The position numbers were made by a program, and so were the translations under genes. DNA of 64,000 bases from Candidatus Heimdallarchaeota archaeon (lineage in GTDB: Archaea > Asgardarchaeota > Heimdallarchaeia > Heimdallarchaeales > Heimdallarchaeaceae): the NCBI GenBank assembly GCA_019057815.1, contig JAHLWR010000001.1:32001-96000 (forward strand), written 5' to 3'. This document shows positions 28,716-38,333 of this stretch, one piece after another; the first letter of the stretch is position 1, and every line of letters starts with the position of its first letter. Below the pieces are notes generated by a model. The model saw nothing but the letters and a program-made list of their open reading frames with translations, did not search any database and was not told the DNA's origin.

Positions 28716-29432
28716 TCAATAGAAAAGATGTTCTTTTTCCTTCTTCTCTTTTCTTATCCTTATTCTTCTTCGTCTCTTATTGTTCCCTTTATCCTCTTTT
28801 TTAGGTTTTCTAGGAGGAACGAATGTTAATTTCTTATTGAACTGATTTGATATCTCTTCCAGTTTGCTATAAATCAAAAACTTCATTTTAGTACTTCTTT
28901 CCATCTCGTAAATCATTGATAGTTTCCCTAGCGTTTCTTCATCAGCATAAAAAGGTAAAATACTCAAAGCCATTTGTCTTGTAAATAAAGCTGAATCATT
29001 GGTTAAAACTGAATACAGAAGTGAAATTATCTTATTCTTATCACACTTTTTTCGTTCATGCAAATGCTTTAAAGCTATAGAACGCAAAATGTCAATTTTA
29101 TCTTTCTCTACAGCAAGCTCTAGAATTTCTTCAACTTTCGAAGAATCATATGTTGACATAGCTTCAATAATCGCTAATCTAACTGAATGTTCCTTTTCAA
29201 AAAGGTATAATTCAGCTAATTTGTCTGCAATCTCTTCGCCTTTATTTTTATTCAATGCAAGAATTGCTTGTATCCTGATTTTTTCATAAAGGTCATTTTT
29301 CGCTAAGTTTAGAAGAAAATTTTTAACTTCTTCTTTTTCAGAATAATTACCAAAATCTAGAATAATTGTTAGTTTTTCTCTATCAGTTGATTTCTTGAAT
29401 TTCTCGAATTTAGTACCCAAATCACTATTCAT
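28716..29432 (-). CDS. HEAT-repeat protein with basic tail
   Basis: Repeats 'IRIQAILAL', 'VRLAIIEAM', 'LRSIALKHL', 'TRQMALSIL'. Confidence 0.8.
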   Translation of the reverse strand: MNSDLGTKFEKFKKSTDREKLTIILDFGNYSEKEEVKNFLLNLAKNDLYEKIRIQAILALNKNKGEEIADKLAELYLFEKEHSVRLAIIEAMSTYDSSKVEEILELAVEKDKIDILRSIALKHLHERKKCDKNKIISLLYSVLTNDSALFTRQMALSILPFYADEETLGKLSMIYEMERSTKMKFLIYSKLEEISNQFNKKLTFVPPRKPKKEDKGNNKRRRRIRIRKEKKEKEHLFY

Positions 29433-29516
29433 TGTTAAAAAATCTTCTTCTTTGTTTTTAAATGATGTGAATTTGAATACTTCTAAAAGAAAATTCGGGG
29501 GTTTATATATCCAAAG

Positions 29517-30107
29517 TTGGATATAGAAATAATGTCGTTTTTTAGTTCTACTCGTACGGAAAACAGAGCTACAGATGGTTTTGCAGTCGTGTTTTTCAAT
29601 GATATGGGATTTGAGCTTTTTGCTACAAACATAACAGATTCAAAATTAATTACAAATTTAATCCATTATCCTGCATTAATGGGAATGCTTCAAAATCAAA
29701 AACCAGAAGGGTTAGCAACGACAAAAATACAGAAAAATCTCTTTCTCTTTGCGTATGTGATTTTTACAAAAAATCTTGAAGCTAAGGATCCTAGATTGCA
29801 TCAGAGTACAATGACAGTCATTAATTTCCTCGTAAGCCGTGAGAGTTACCAACATTTAATGGTACGTTTTGATGAATTTGAAGGTTTTTTAGAAAATTAT
29901 TTTTATCCAATTGCTTTCATCGAGGATTTATATGCATTAGATTTCACAAAAATTATCCCACAGTTTTTAGATCAGCAAAACAAGAAACAAGAGCTTGTTC
30001 TTAAAAACGTTCATGAAAACGTTCATGAAAACGTTCATGAAAGTCGAGAATATTCTCTTGCTTTGGAATTTAAACGATGGTTAAAAAAAGTGAAATTCAA
30101 CTCATGA
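29517..30107 (+). CDS. Hypothetical protein, possibly longin/uDENN-like fold
   Basis: Beta-hairpin 'FAVVFFNDMGFELF', later beta strands flanking 'KDPRL'. The fold call is weak. Confidence 0.55.
   Translation: MDIEIMSFFSSTRTENRATDGFAVVFFNDMGFELFATNITDSKLITNLIHYPALMGMLQNQKPEGLATTKIQKNLFLFAYVIFTKNLEAKDPRLHQSTMTVINFLVSRESYQHLMVRFDEFEGFLENYFYPIAFIEDLYALDFTKIIPQFLDQQNKKQELVLKNVHENVHENVHESREYSLALEFKRWLKKVKFNS
30004..30039 (+). repeat. 12-bp tandem repeat x3 (AAAACGTTCATG) encoding NVHE x3
   Basis: Perfect in-frame repeat inside 29517..30107. Confidence 0.9.
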
Positions 30108-30192
30108 GCAAATTATCCTAATGATTTCTTTCAAATCGTTTTATTCAATAATCTTTTAATGGTTGCTTAAGCTTGATACTTAGTGGTCGTCA

Positions 30193-31107
30193 ATGCTAGA
30201 GATTCGATTTCATGGCAGAGGAGGTACGGGGACTGTATTAGCTTCAAGAGCTTATGCCAAGGCTGTTTTTTATGCAGGAAGACATGCTATAACCTTTCCA
30301 TCATTTGGTCCAGAGAGAAGAGGAGCTCCTGTTCTTGCTTTCGCTAGAATTGACAACAAGAAAATTTACAAGAGAACACAGATTTACGAACCAGATGTTG
30401 TTGTATGTCTTGATGATGCAATTATGGAACTAATTGATATAGCTCAAGGATTAAAAATAGGAGGGAAGGGTGTGCTAAATTCTCCAAATAAACCAGAAGA
30501 AATTAAACTTTCCAAATCTATTGAGGTAGGTGTTGTTGACGCTACAAAAATAGCTAAAGAAGTTTTAGAAAGCACTATCACTAATAGTGCAACTCTAGGT
30601 GCATTAATAAGAACAATTGATAGTATATCCTTCAAACATTTAGAAAAAGGGATTTTATCTGTTTTTGGTGAAAGACTTGGGGAGAAACTTGCAAAGAAGA
30701 ATGTCGAGGCTGCTAGAATAGCATTTGAGGAGACTATCTTTGGAACAACACTAAGTGGGAGAAATTATTCTCAGGAAAAACGTTGGTTACCAACAGTTGA
30801 TGAACTACCGATTGGAACAATTTTATCTAAATCAGAAGTTAATTCAGGACAATTAATTGGTCCGGGATCTGCTATTACTCGCAAAACTGGGACATGGAAT
30901 CACAAAAAAGCAAAAATCAATCAAGAAAAGTGTACTAAATGCTTAATATGTGTTTTTCATTGTCCTGAAGGAACTATTCACCGAGAAGGAGATATTATCA
31001 AAATAGATCATACCTATTGCAAAGCTTGTGGTATATGTGTTGAAGAATGTCCAGAAAATGCAATTTCTATGGTTGAAATAAAAGATTTCTCAGAGATTAC
31101 ATCTTAA
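30193..31107 (+). CDS. 2-oxoacid:ferredoxin oxidoreductase gamma subunit fused to delta (ferredoxin) subunit
   Basis: N-terminal EIRFHGRGG and FGPERRGAPV (gamma). C-terminal KTGTW...CTKCLICVFHCP...CKACGICVEECP (delta). Confidence 0.9.
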   Translation: MLEIRFHGRGGTGTVLASRAYAKAVFYAGRHAITFPSFGPERRGAPVLAFARIDNKKIYKRTQIYEPDVVVCLDDAIMELIDIAQGLKIGGKGVLNSPNKPEEIKLSKSIEVGVVDATKIAKEVLESTITNSATLGALIRTIDSISFKHLEKGILSVFGERLGEKLAKKNVEAARIAFEETIFGTTLSGRNYSQEKRWLPTVDELPIGTILSKSEVNSGQLIGPGSAITRKTGTWNHKKAKINQEKCTKCLICVFHCPEGTIHREGDIIKIDHTYCKACGICVEECPENAISMVEIKDFSEITS

Positions 31108-31138
31108 GAAAAGAGCGATAGTTAGAATATTGAATAAA

Positions 31139-32008
31139 TCATTTGTATTTATCTAAATCCTCAGCCTTATCATCTAAACGTTTTAAAGAGCTGTGAAGAC
31201 TAAAGAAATCTTCTTCTTTATCACGATTTGAGGATTCCTCTCCATTATCTTCCTCGTATTCAAATGATTCATCATATTCATCAAATTCTTCTTCTCCTTC
31301 TGATATTATTTCCATTTCACCCTCTAAAAATGAAGAATCAAATTCAACGAGCTTATCAGAATGTAGGTTGTCTCCAACTATCTTTTCTAATTCTTTAAGT
31401 GCTAAAATTGAAGCATCTATATCAATGTCATAAGTATTGCAATAAGATAGAATAGCTAATACTGGTTGTTGAAATGCTGTACCTTCCGTTAGCAAGAAAT
31501 TTAGAGGACCCTTGATGGTTTGTTGATCTTTGAATGTTCTTTGTGTTCCATACAATTCTGTGTACAGTGGAGTTGGAATTAGACTAGTCCATTCTTCATC
31601 TGTTGTTTTTCTAATATCTTCTCTTAAACCTCCGATGACAATATAGCGCTTAGCTTTCCAAGACAATATTTCTTCAGACAACCACTTCCAAAACGCGTCA
31701 GGAAGTGCATTATAACCTACAACAGGGACAGGTAAACGAGACGCAACAAGTACAATTTTATTTTTATTTTTTGTTGAGTTAACATCTAGTGTATATATTG
31801 TAATAGGGGTTTCTAAATTACCTTGATGATACCAACTTATTGAACCCCAAAATCCGATTGAAGTCACAGGTAAGGTTTCGATAAGATGGTTTAAAACTAC
31901 ATTACCTACAGAACCATAACCTGAGAATCCAAGAATTACAGTAGTTTCTTTATCAATATAATCTGTATTAATACTGAACTGATTAAGGAATTGAATTGTG
32001 CTTTTCAT
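31139..32008 (-). CDS. PAC2-family proteasome assembly chaperone-like protein with acidic tail
   Basis: 'ILGFSGYGSVGNVVLNHLIETL' and 'YIVIGGL' PAC2 pattern. Confidence 0.75.
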   Translation of the reverse strand: MKSTIQFLNQFSINTDYIDKETTVILGFSGYGSVGNVVLNHLIETLPVTSIGFWGSISWYHQGNLETPITIYTLDVNSTKNKNKIVLVASRLPVPVVGYNALPDAFWKWLSEEILSWKAKRYIVIGGLREDIRKTTDEEWTSLIPTPLYTELYGTQRTFKDQQTIKGPLNFLLTEGTAFQQPVLAILSYCNTYDIDIDASILALKELEKIVGDNLHSDKLVEFDSSFLEGEMEIISEGEEEFDEYDESFEYEEDNGEESSNRDKEEDFFSLHSSLKRLDDKAEDLDKYK

Positions 32009-32067
32009 CTTCTGAAAGCCAAGAATATTACTTGGTTAAAAAATTGGTGATTAGAGCATTTTTTGTG

Positions 32068-33564
32068 TTATTGACTCTTTTTTAATCTTCTAACTTTGCT
32101 CTTTTTAATGAATTCTTCTTCAGGTGGCCACAAGAATGTTGATACAGTGGTTAGAAGGATTAGAGCTACTGTGGGAACCATAAGAGCTATTAACTGTGTT
32201 TCGATTTTCCATCCATCTATGAGAAAAGCTACTAGTAGTGCTATACCACCTAAAACAATTCCAACAATTTCACTTATTGCCGTAATAATTTGTTGAACAC
32301 TCATAGTAGATCCGTGTCTTTCTTCCTTAAATCCTATTGAGCTACTATCACCTAATCTTCCACTTATTGATGGAGCATAAGCTGAAGACATTATAATTGA
32401 AGTAGCGAGAATTACAGCAATAAGTGGATTATCGAATATTTTCTCAGGTTGATTCATATCTAGGTATCCCAGGAAGTAAGCTATAACCATTGATACAGTC
32501 ATCCCTATAATTCCAACGACACCTATAGTTAGTGTTTTTTTTCGTCCTATTTTATCAGCAACATATCCCCATAACGCCATTGGTAAACCCATAATTAAGG
32601 TGATTATAATAGTTAAATAGGCTGCAGTATCTGGTCCTGTATCAACAGCTAAGATAATAAAACCCCAATTGTTCAAAATACCGATAATAGAAGCAGTACC
32701 TAAAAGAGGTAAAATTATTCCACGCCTTTCCTTGCTAACCATTATTTTCCAAGAAGCTTTAAATTCTTCTTTAAATCTAAATCCCTCTTTTCTTTTCACA
32801 GCAGGTTTTGTTTTATCTACCAGTTTGTAGACAATAACAGCACTCATAACTAGACAAAAAGCAAATAGAAGGTAAACATAGATTAAATTATATTCCCTAG
32901 TAGGACTCCAATCACCAGAATCTACTGGAGGAGTTTTACCTACAATGACTGTATATAACACTCCAGCTAGAACTACACCTAAAGCCCTTCCTGCAAAGAT
33001 AGCAGTGTTATAAAGACCCATTCTACGAGCTCTTGTTTCATAGACAGAATATCGGGAAATATATGCAAAAGATGAATTAATTTTACACGCTGCAACAACT
33101 CCATGAAGCAGATGGAACAAACTCATCCCAAAAAGGAGTAAACCACAAGCTAATGGAGCTAAACCTATGATACCCTCCCAATTGAGAGCACAGATTCCAT
33201 AGCCTATCAATATCAATCCACCAGCTGAAGTTCCAAAAAGAATCCACTTTTTAGTATCATCCTCATCTGCTCTAAAACCGAAGTAACCCGATGCTAGAAT
33301 AAGACCTATCGAATAGGTTATCTCAACAACAATTACAGCGATATAAAAGAGTGTTCCGCGTAATCCTAAGTGGTGATAAATGAAGATAGGCATAAGAACT
33401 GTTGTACTTCCAAATGCTATGCGTAGAAAGAAAGTAGAGATTATAATTCCATAGATAGATCGATTTGGGTGGGGAATGTTGAATTTATCTCCTTTCATGG
33501 TTGAAAGAGAAGGGGAGGATGGGCTATTAATTTGTTCAGTAGTGTCAGAGCTCATGGAGTTCAA
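32068..33564 (-). CDS. MFS transporter
   Basis: About 12 TM segments and the motif-A 'GYVADKIGRK'. Start is probably ATG 33555. Confidence 0.85.
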   Translation of the reverse strand: MNSMSSDTTEQINSPSSPSLSTMKGDKFNIPHPNRSIYGIIISTFFLRIAFGSTTVLMPIFIYHHLGLRGTLFYIAVIVVEITYSIGLILASGYFGFRADEDDTKKWILFGTSAGGLILIGYGICALNWEGIIGLAPLACGLLLFGMSLFHLLHGVVAACKINSSFAYISRYSVYETRARRMGLYNTAIFAGRALGVVLAGVLYTVIVGKTPPVDSGDWSPTREYNLIYVYLLFAFCLVMSAVIVYKLVDKTKPAVKRKEGFRFKEEFKASWKIMVSKERRGIILPLLGTASIIGILNNWGFIILAVDTGPDTAAYLTIIITLIMGLPMALWGYVADKIGRKKTLTIGVVGIIGMTVSMVIAYFLGYLDMNQPEKIFDNPLIAVILATSIIMSSAYAPSISGRLGDSSSIGFKEERHGSTMSVQQIITAISEIVGIVLGGIALLVAFLIDGWKIETQLIALMVPTVALILLTTVSTFLWPPEEEFIKKSKVRRLKKSQ

Positions 33565-33753
33565 TCCTTAAAGTTTAAAAAGAATAGGAGACGAGAGTTA
33601 TAAAAACTTGTGCCATGTTGTCTTCAGAGAAAAAATGCATAAGAGAAGGGAACACACTCAAAGGAAAAAGAAAAAAAGGAAAAGATAACAGCTTAAACAC
33701 GAAGATTTCAACTATTATACAAAGAAGAAAAGATTCACATATTACACACACAA

Positions 33754-33788
33754 GCAAAAAGTATTTAAGAAAGGCACAAAGTATTTAA
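33754..33788 (+). promoter_or_regulatory. Tandem BRE/TATA-like direct repeat (GCA[A/C]AAAGTATTTAA x2, 20-bp period)
   Basis: 33754-33768 and 33774-33788 match at 14 of 15 positions, upstream of 33836. Confidence 0.5.
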
Positions 33789-33835
33789 TATTGTATATTC
33801 ATAATAATTTAGCAATAGAATAAAAAAGTGATTTT

Positions 33836-34261
33836 ATGAGCGAAAAAGGGTCAGTTACAATTGCACAAATGGTTAGATTAGAAGAGGAAAAGCCTATATC
33901 GTTACCAGAAGAGTTCTTATCAGCTCTTAAACCCGATGGGAAGACTTACGCAGTTTTGATCTTAGCACCTAATACTCGAATTATCAGGATTATTCCTACA
34001 AGTACAAATGAGGTTGCTAAAATCAATATAAATATTGGTAAACTCTCTCCAGACTTCTTGCGTAAAATGGGATCTATTTTCATCCGACTAGGAATTAAAA
34101 CGCTCTATAGCACTGGGCTTTGTTTCACTCAAAGTGCCTGTGTCTACGAAGGATATATAGATTCTGAGGAACTTAACGAAGTCAGTATAGACGAAATTAG
34201 GGAAGAACTTGAACGTATAGAGGGTGTCTCATCGGTCGAAGTTGAGACCCTTACTGCCTAA
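33836..34261 (+). CDS. AbrB-like N-terminus plus ACT-like domain protein
   Basis: 'PISLPEEFLSALK' AbrB-like segment. C-terminal 'IREELERIEGVSSVEV' ACT-like segment. Confidence 0.5.
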   Translation: MSEKGSVTIAQMVRLEEEKPISLPEEFLSALKPDGKTYAVLILAPNTRIIRIIPTSTNEVAKININIGKLSPDFLRKMGSIFIRLGIKTLYSTGLCFTQSACVYEGYIDSEELNEVSIDEIREELERIEGVSSVEVETLTA

Positions 34262-35000
34262 TAGGAGCGACCCTTCTGTGGTTCGTCAAAGGAAGAAAAA
34301 AGAGAAACGTCTGACTCTACTTCTTCATCCTTTACGACGAGAGATATACCGACTTGTCTGCGAGACTCCTGGACTTTATTTTTTTGAATTATCTAATATT
34401 TTGACAGCACCTCATGGTACTGTCAATTGGCATTTACGTAAATTAGAAGAAGCTAGTTTAATTAATACTATCAAGTTTGGTGGGAAAAGAGTTTACTATT
34501 CTAAAGCTCTACGTTCAGAGGAAGTAGAGAAAGCTTTCGTTGTTCTCAAGCATGCAACAGCAAGAAAGATTTTTGCTTATATATTGAATAACGATGGATG
34601 TCATCAAACACAGATTGCTCGAGCTTTGGGTGTCCATCACGATACAGTCAGGCATCATGTTGAACGCATGAAAACAGCTAATCTTGTGTCTATTTTTAAA
34701 GATGGACGTAAGACATGTTACTCTTTAGATGATGTGGGGTTGAAGCTCCAAGAAGAGAGTATTAATACAATCTCTAACAGCTATGTTGTAGCTTTGATGG
34801 ACATCTTAGAAGATAATTGTCTTCACCCGGAGATAGAAGAAGTTACTAAAGAGAGTCTAACAATACGTATAGAATGTCCAGGTAAAGAGGACGCTACTTT
34901 CACCATTTCCTTATCACAATGGGAGTTCGATGAGGTATTGGATGAATCTTGGAACGGAGATATTGTTGATTCGAATAAAGTTGTACTAGAGGAAACATAA
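34224..35000 (+). CDS. Double winged-HTH (ArsR-like) transcriptional regulator
   Basis: 'HPLRREIYRLVCETPG...GTVNWHLRKLEE' and 'ARKIFAYI...QTQIARALGVHHDTVRHHV'. The start is probably downstream (GTG ~34278). Confidence 0.85.
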   Translation: MSHRSKLRPLLPNRSDPSVVRQRKKKEKRLTLLLHPLRREIYRLVCETPGLYFFELSNILTAPHGTVNWHLRKLEEASLINTIKFGGKRVYYSKALRSEEVEKAFVVLKHATARKIFAYILNNDGCHQTQIARALGVHHDTVRHHVERMKTANLVSIFKDGRKTCYSLDDVGLKLQEESINTISNSYVVALMDILEDNCLHPEIEEVTKESLTIRIECPGKEDATFTISLSQWEFDEVLDESWNGDIVDSNKVVLEET

Positions 35001-35111
35001 TCTTACACTACTTCGATTTTTAGAATGGTGTTCTTAAGAGAAATCTACTAATGGTAAAAAAAAAGGTTTTTAAGAGCTTTTGTCCCCATCCTTAATAATG
35101 GTGTTTTATCT

Positions 35112-36131
35112 ATGAGTTCAAAAGGGAGTACGTCCAAATCGAAAAAGCTTTCTACAGCAAAAAAAGTTAGTATCAAAACCATATCAAAACAACTTGTTGA
35201 TATACAAAAACAGATTAGTCAAGTAATCGTAGGGCAAAAAGAGGTTATTGAAGCCATGATTACTGCGGTATTAGCAGATTCTCACGCTCTTTTAGAAGGT
35301 GTGCCAGGTGTTGCTAAAACGCTGATGGTGCGTTCATTAGCGAAATCTATTTCTTGTGATTTTAAAAGAATACAATTCACACCAGATCTGATGCCTTCTG
35401 ATGTCACTGGAATCATGGCATATAGACCAGAAACAGGAGAATTTTACTTTAAACAGGGACCTGTTTTTACAAACATTCTGCTATCTGATGAGATTAACCG
35501 TGCACCTCCCAAAACACAGGCAGCAATGCTAGAAGCAATGCAAGAAAAACAGGTCACAATTGAAAAACGAACTGATAAGCTACCAGAACCCTTTCTAACT
35601 TTCGCAACACAGAACCCTATAGAACAAGAAGGAACTTATCCTTTACCTGAAGCTCAAATAGATCGTTTTGCTGTAAAGATTCTAGTTACATACCCTAATG
35701 AGAAGGATGAAGCTGAAATTGTAATGCGTTTCACTGGAGAACACGATTCATATGCAAAATTGGAGGAAATAAAACCAGTTCTCTCTGCTAAAGAAGTGAT
35801 AGAAATTCAGAAATTTGTTCGTAAAGAAGTAACAATCTCTGATGAACTAGTTAAATATATTATTCGCATTGTCAGTTTGACACGAGAAAGTGAAGAAGTG
35901 GAGATAGGCGCAAGCCCTAGAGCAAGCCTTTGGTTAACAATAGAAGCTAAAGCTTCTGCTGTAATAAATGGTAGAAAATATGTTAATCCAATCGACATAC
36001 AAAAAGTTGCTAAAAATGTTCTGCGTCATCGTATTATAATTAAACCTGAATACGAATTCGATGGAACAACTTCTGAGATTATAATTGATCGCATACTTAA
36101 ACACACTCCAGTTCCAAATATTAAAGCATAA
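35112..36131 (+). CDS. moxR: MoxR-family AAA+ ATPase
   Basis: LLEGVPGVAKT, RIQFTPDLMPSD, DEINRAPPKTQ, ATQNPIEQEGTYPLPEAQIDRF. Confidence 0.95.
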   Translation: MSSKGSTSKSKKLSTAKKVSIKTISKQLVDIQKQISQVIVGQKEVIEAMITAVLADSHALLEGVPGVAKTLMVRSLAKSISCDFKRIQFTPDLMPSDVTGIMAYRPETGEFYFKQGPVFTNILLSDEINRAPPKTQAAMLEAMQEKQVTIEKRTDKLPEPFLTFATQNPIEQEGTYPLPEAQIDRFAVKILVTYPNEKDEAEIVMRFTGEHDSYAKLEEIKPVLSAKEVIEIQKFVRKEVTISDELVKYIIRIVSLTRESEEVEIGASPRASLWLTIEAKASAVINGRKYVNPIDIQKVAKNVLRHRIIIKPEYEFDGTTSEIIIDRILKHTPVPNIKA

Positions 36132-36143
36132 AGTGAAAAATAT

Positions 36144-38333
36144 ATGAAACTATCAAAAAAAACTGTGATTCTTACATTTTTTTGTATAGAATTAGCAAGT
36201 TTATTGGTAGTAAGTTGTTTTCTAGTTAACAACAATGATTTTTCTGACACTACAGAAGTTAATGCTCAAGAAGGCAATTTGACTGTTGAAGTGTCTCGCT
36301 ATCAAAAATATTTCAAAAACGACACTTTCTTAACAAATGGTTATCTCTATTGGGCAGAACTTGCAGGTGGAGAACTTTCTCTTTATGGAAATACTTCAGA
36401 TATGTTCTCGTACTCTTTCTGGGACGCTATTGGAAACTATTCTGAAGGTGAAAATTTCTACTTGGAGTCTGATAGGATTGTTGTCCATGTTAGAACTACA
36501 GAATTATATTATCAAATTCGTGGAAATTACTATCCAGACTATTTCCAAGACACAAACTTTGTAGTAATTTTTGACACATTCTGGGCTCAATTTAGCTATA
36601 TAAGCCCTGAAGGTGAAAGTGTTTACGCTCCAATAACCTATTACAACAAACAAATACTTCCGGAAGGGGCAGGGATTGTAAGTTATGCTCCTACAGATGG
36701 AGCAACTATCATAAGAGAGGGAAATGCCTTTGGTGTAGTATGGAATTATGTAGAAAGGGCTATGGATCCTTTTCATAAACCACTAACATATGAAATCACC
36801 TACAATTTCGACCCAATTTACCTCCAATTTACAGAACAAATGTATCAAAATCAGCAGCAACAACAAGAAATAGAGCAGAATAATAGTTTATTGAATTTAT
36901 TACAAACATATTTCAGAATAATTGCTTTCTTTGCAATAGCACTTAGCATTATAGCAGCACTTTTGGGTTATTTAAGGGCAAAAATGAAATTCAAGTCGCA
37001 ATTAAATAAAGCTAAAAATATGCCTAAGCGAATGCTGAAGGATATAGAAGGAGAAACAGAACCAGGTAGAAGAATCTCATCATTATTTAATGTTTTCATT
37101 TTGATTCTAATAATTTCCACTGTAATTCCTCAGACTGATAACTCATCAGCTCCTAGTATTGATATAGCTTACAATGAACAATTAGTTGAGTTAATGGGTT
37201 GCTCACTAATAGAAGAAACCTCTAGAAACATAAATTATCAAACAATTATAGATTTAGGGAAAGATGGTATTGCATATGAAACGGTAATTATGTCTATGCC
37301 GTACTCTGTCACGAATTATAGTATATGGGTTGATACAACTAATGTTATATCATTCAAAGCGTATAATAGTTTAGGCACGCCTGTTTCCTTCCAAGAATTT
37401 TCTGACCGATATCTGATTAATAATGTTCAAGGCTATATAGAATACGAAATTATCAAACCTTATGTTTATTATAATAACAGCGATATTCTTGTCTATCTCG
37501 ATTATTTCTGGCTATATTTTGTTGACCCTGATTTAGATCCAGAGCAAAGTAGTGATAATTATTCGAATGCTGACATTACTTTCACAGTAATCATACCAGA
37601 AGGAGCCATATTATACAGTGCCTCCCCTGAAAATTATTTGACCCTATCTGTTACTCCAGAAGGAAGAAAAAAAGTTACTTTTACTCACTATAATAGAGAA
37701 ATAGATCCCTATCATGATCCCTTCTCAACCCAAGTTACGTTCTCATTTTTCAACGTTATAGAAGCAATTGAGAATCAATCAGCAAGATTTGAACATTGGA
37801 GAGTGGAGACAGACTTAACTCAACAACAAGTAACCTCATTAACGCGTAATTTATTTTTCATAAGCTTGTTGGGGATAATAGCTCCTATTCTAGCTTTTCT
37901 CCTAACTTATTTCATCATGCGAACTAGGATGCTCAAGAAAATCCAAGAGGAAGAGCAGAAGTATGAGTTATTAATTTCAGTCGAAGAAAGTCAATTGATT
38001 GCACTTATAAAAGCTCAAGAAATAGATCTTACTAAGGAACCATGGAAAGCGATGTTAGGAGGGTATTGGGAACTTTTATCGTATTTAAGCCGCTTTACAC
38101 CGATTAACTTGATGGCTGCAAAAGAGGATTTACACGAAAAGACAATCAGAAAATACATTCCCTCATTCTTAATTAATGAAACTCTTGAACATCTCTCAGT
38201 TGGTCAAGGGATATCCAATAGTTGGTTAAAGGGAGAACAGTTGATATACAACCGACAGCAATCTCGTGATTACCTTGAAACAGTTAGTAAACTAACAGAA
38301 AAATTGGAAAAATGGAGGAAGGAAAAACCATGA
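36144..38333 (+). CDS. Membrane protein with two homologous ectodomains
   Basis: Internal repeat ILPEGAGIVSYAP...DPFHKPLTYEITYNF versus IIPEGAILYSASP...DPYHDPFSTQVTFSF. Each unit is flanked by TM segments. Confidence 0.75.
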   Translation: MKLSKKTVILTFFCIELASLLVVSCFLVNNNDFSDTTEVNAQEGNLTVEVSRYQKYFKNDTFLTNGYLYWAELAGGELSLYGNTSDMFSYSFWDAIGNYSEGENFYLESDRIVVHVRTTELYYQIRGNYYPDYFQDTNFVVIFDTFWAQFSYISPEGESVYAPITYYNKQILPEGAGIVSYAPTDGATIIREGNAFGVVWNYVERAMDPFHKPLTYEITYNFDPIYLQFTEQMYQNQQQQQEIEQNNSLLNLLQTYFRIIAFFAIALSIIAALLGYLRAKMKFKSQLNKAKNMPKRMLKDIEGETEPGRRISSLFNVFILILIISTVIPQTDNSSAPSIDIAYNEQLVELMGCSLIEETSRNINYQTIIDLGKDGIAYETVIMSMPYSVTNYSIWVDTTNVISFKAYNSLGTPVSFQEFSDRYLINNVQGYIEYEIIKPYVYYNNSDILVYLDYFWLYFVDPDLDPEQSSDNYSNADITFTVIIPEGAILYSASPENYLTLSVTPEGRKKVTFTHYNREIDPYHDPFSTQVTFSFFNVIEAIENQSARFEHWRVETDLTQQQVTSLTRNLFFISLLGIIAPILAFLLTYFIMRTRMLKKIQEEEQKYELLISVEESQLIALIKAQEIDLTKEPWKAMLGGYWELLSYLSRFTPINLMAAKEDLHEKTIRKYIPSFLINETLEHLSVGQGISNSWLKGEQLIYNRQQSRDYLETVSKLTEKLEKWRKEKP

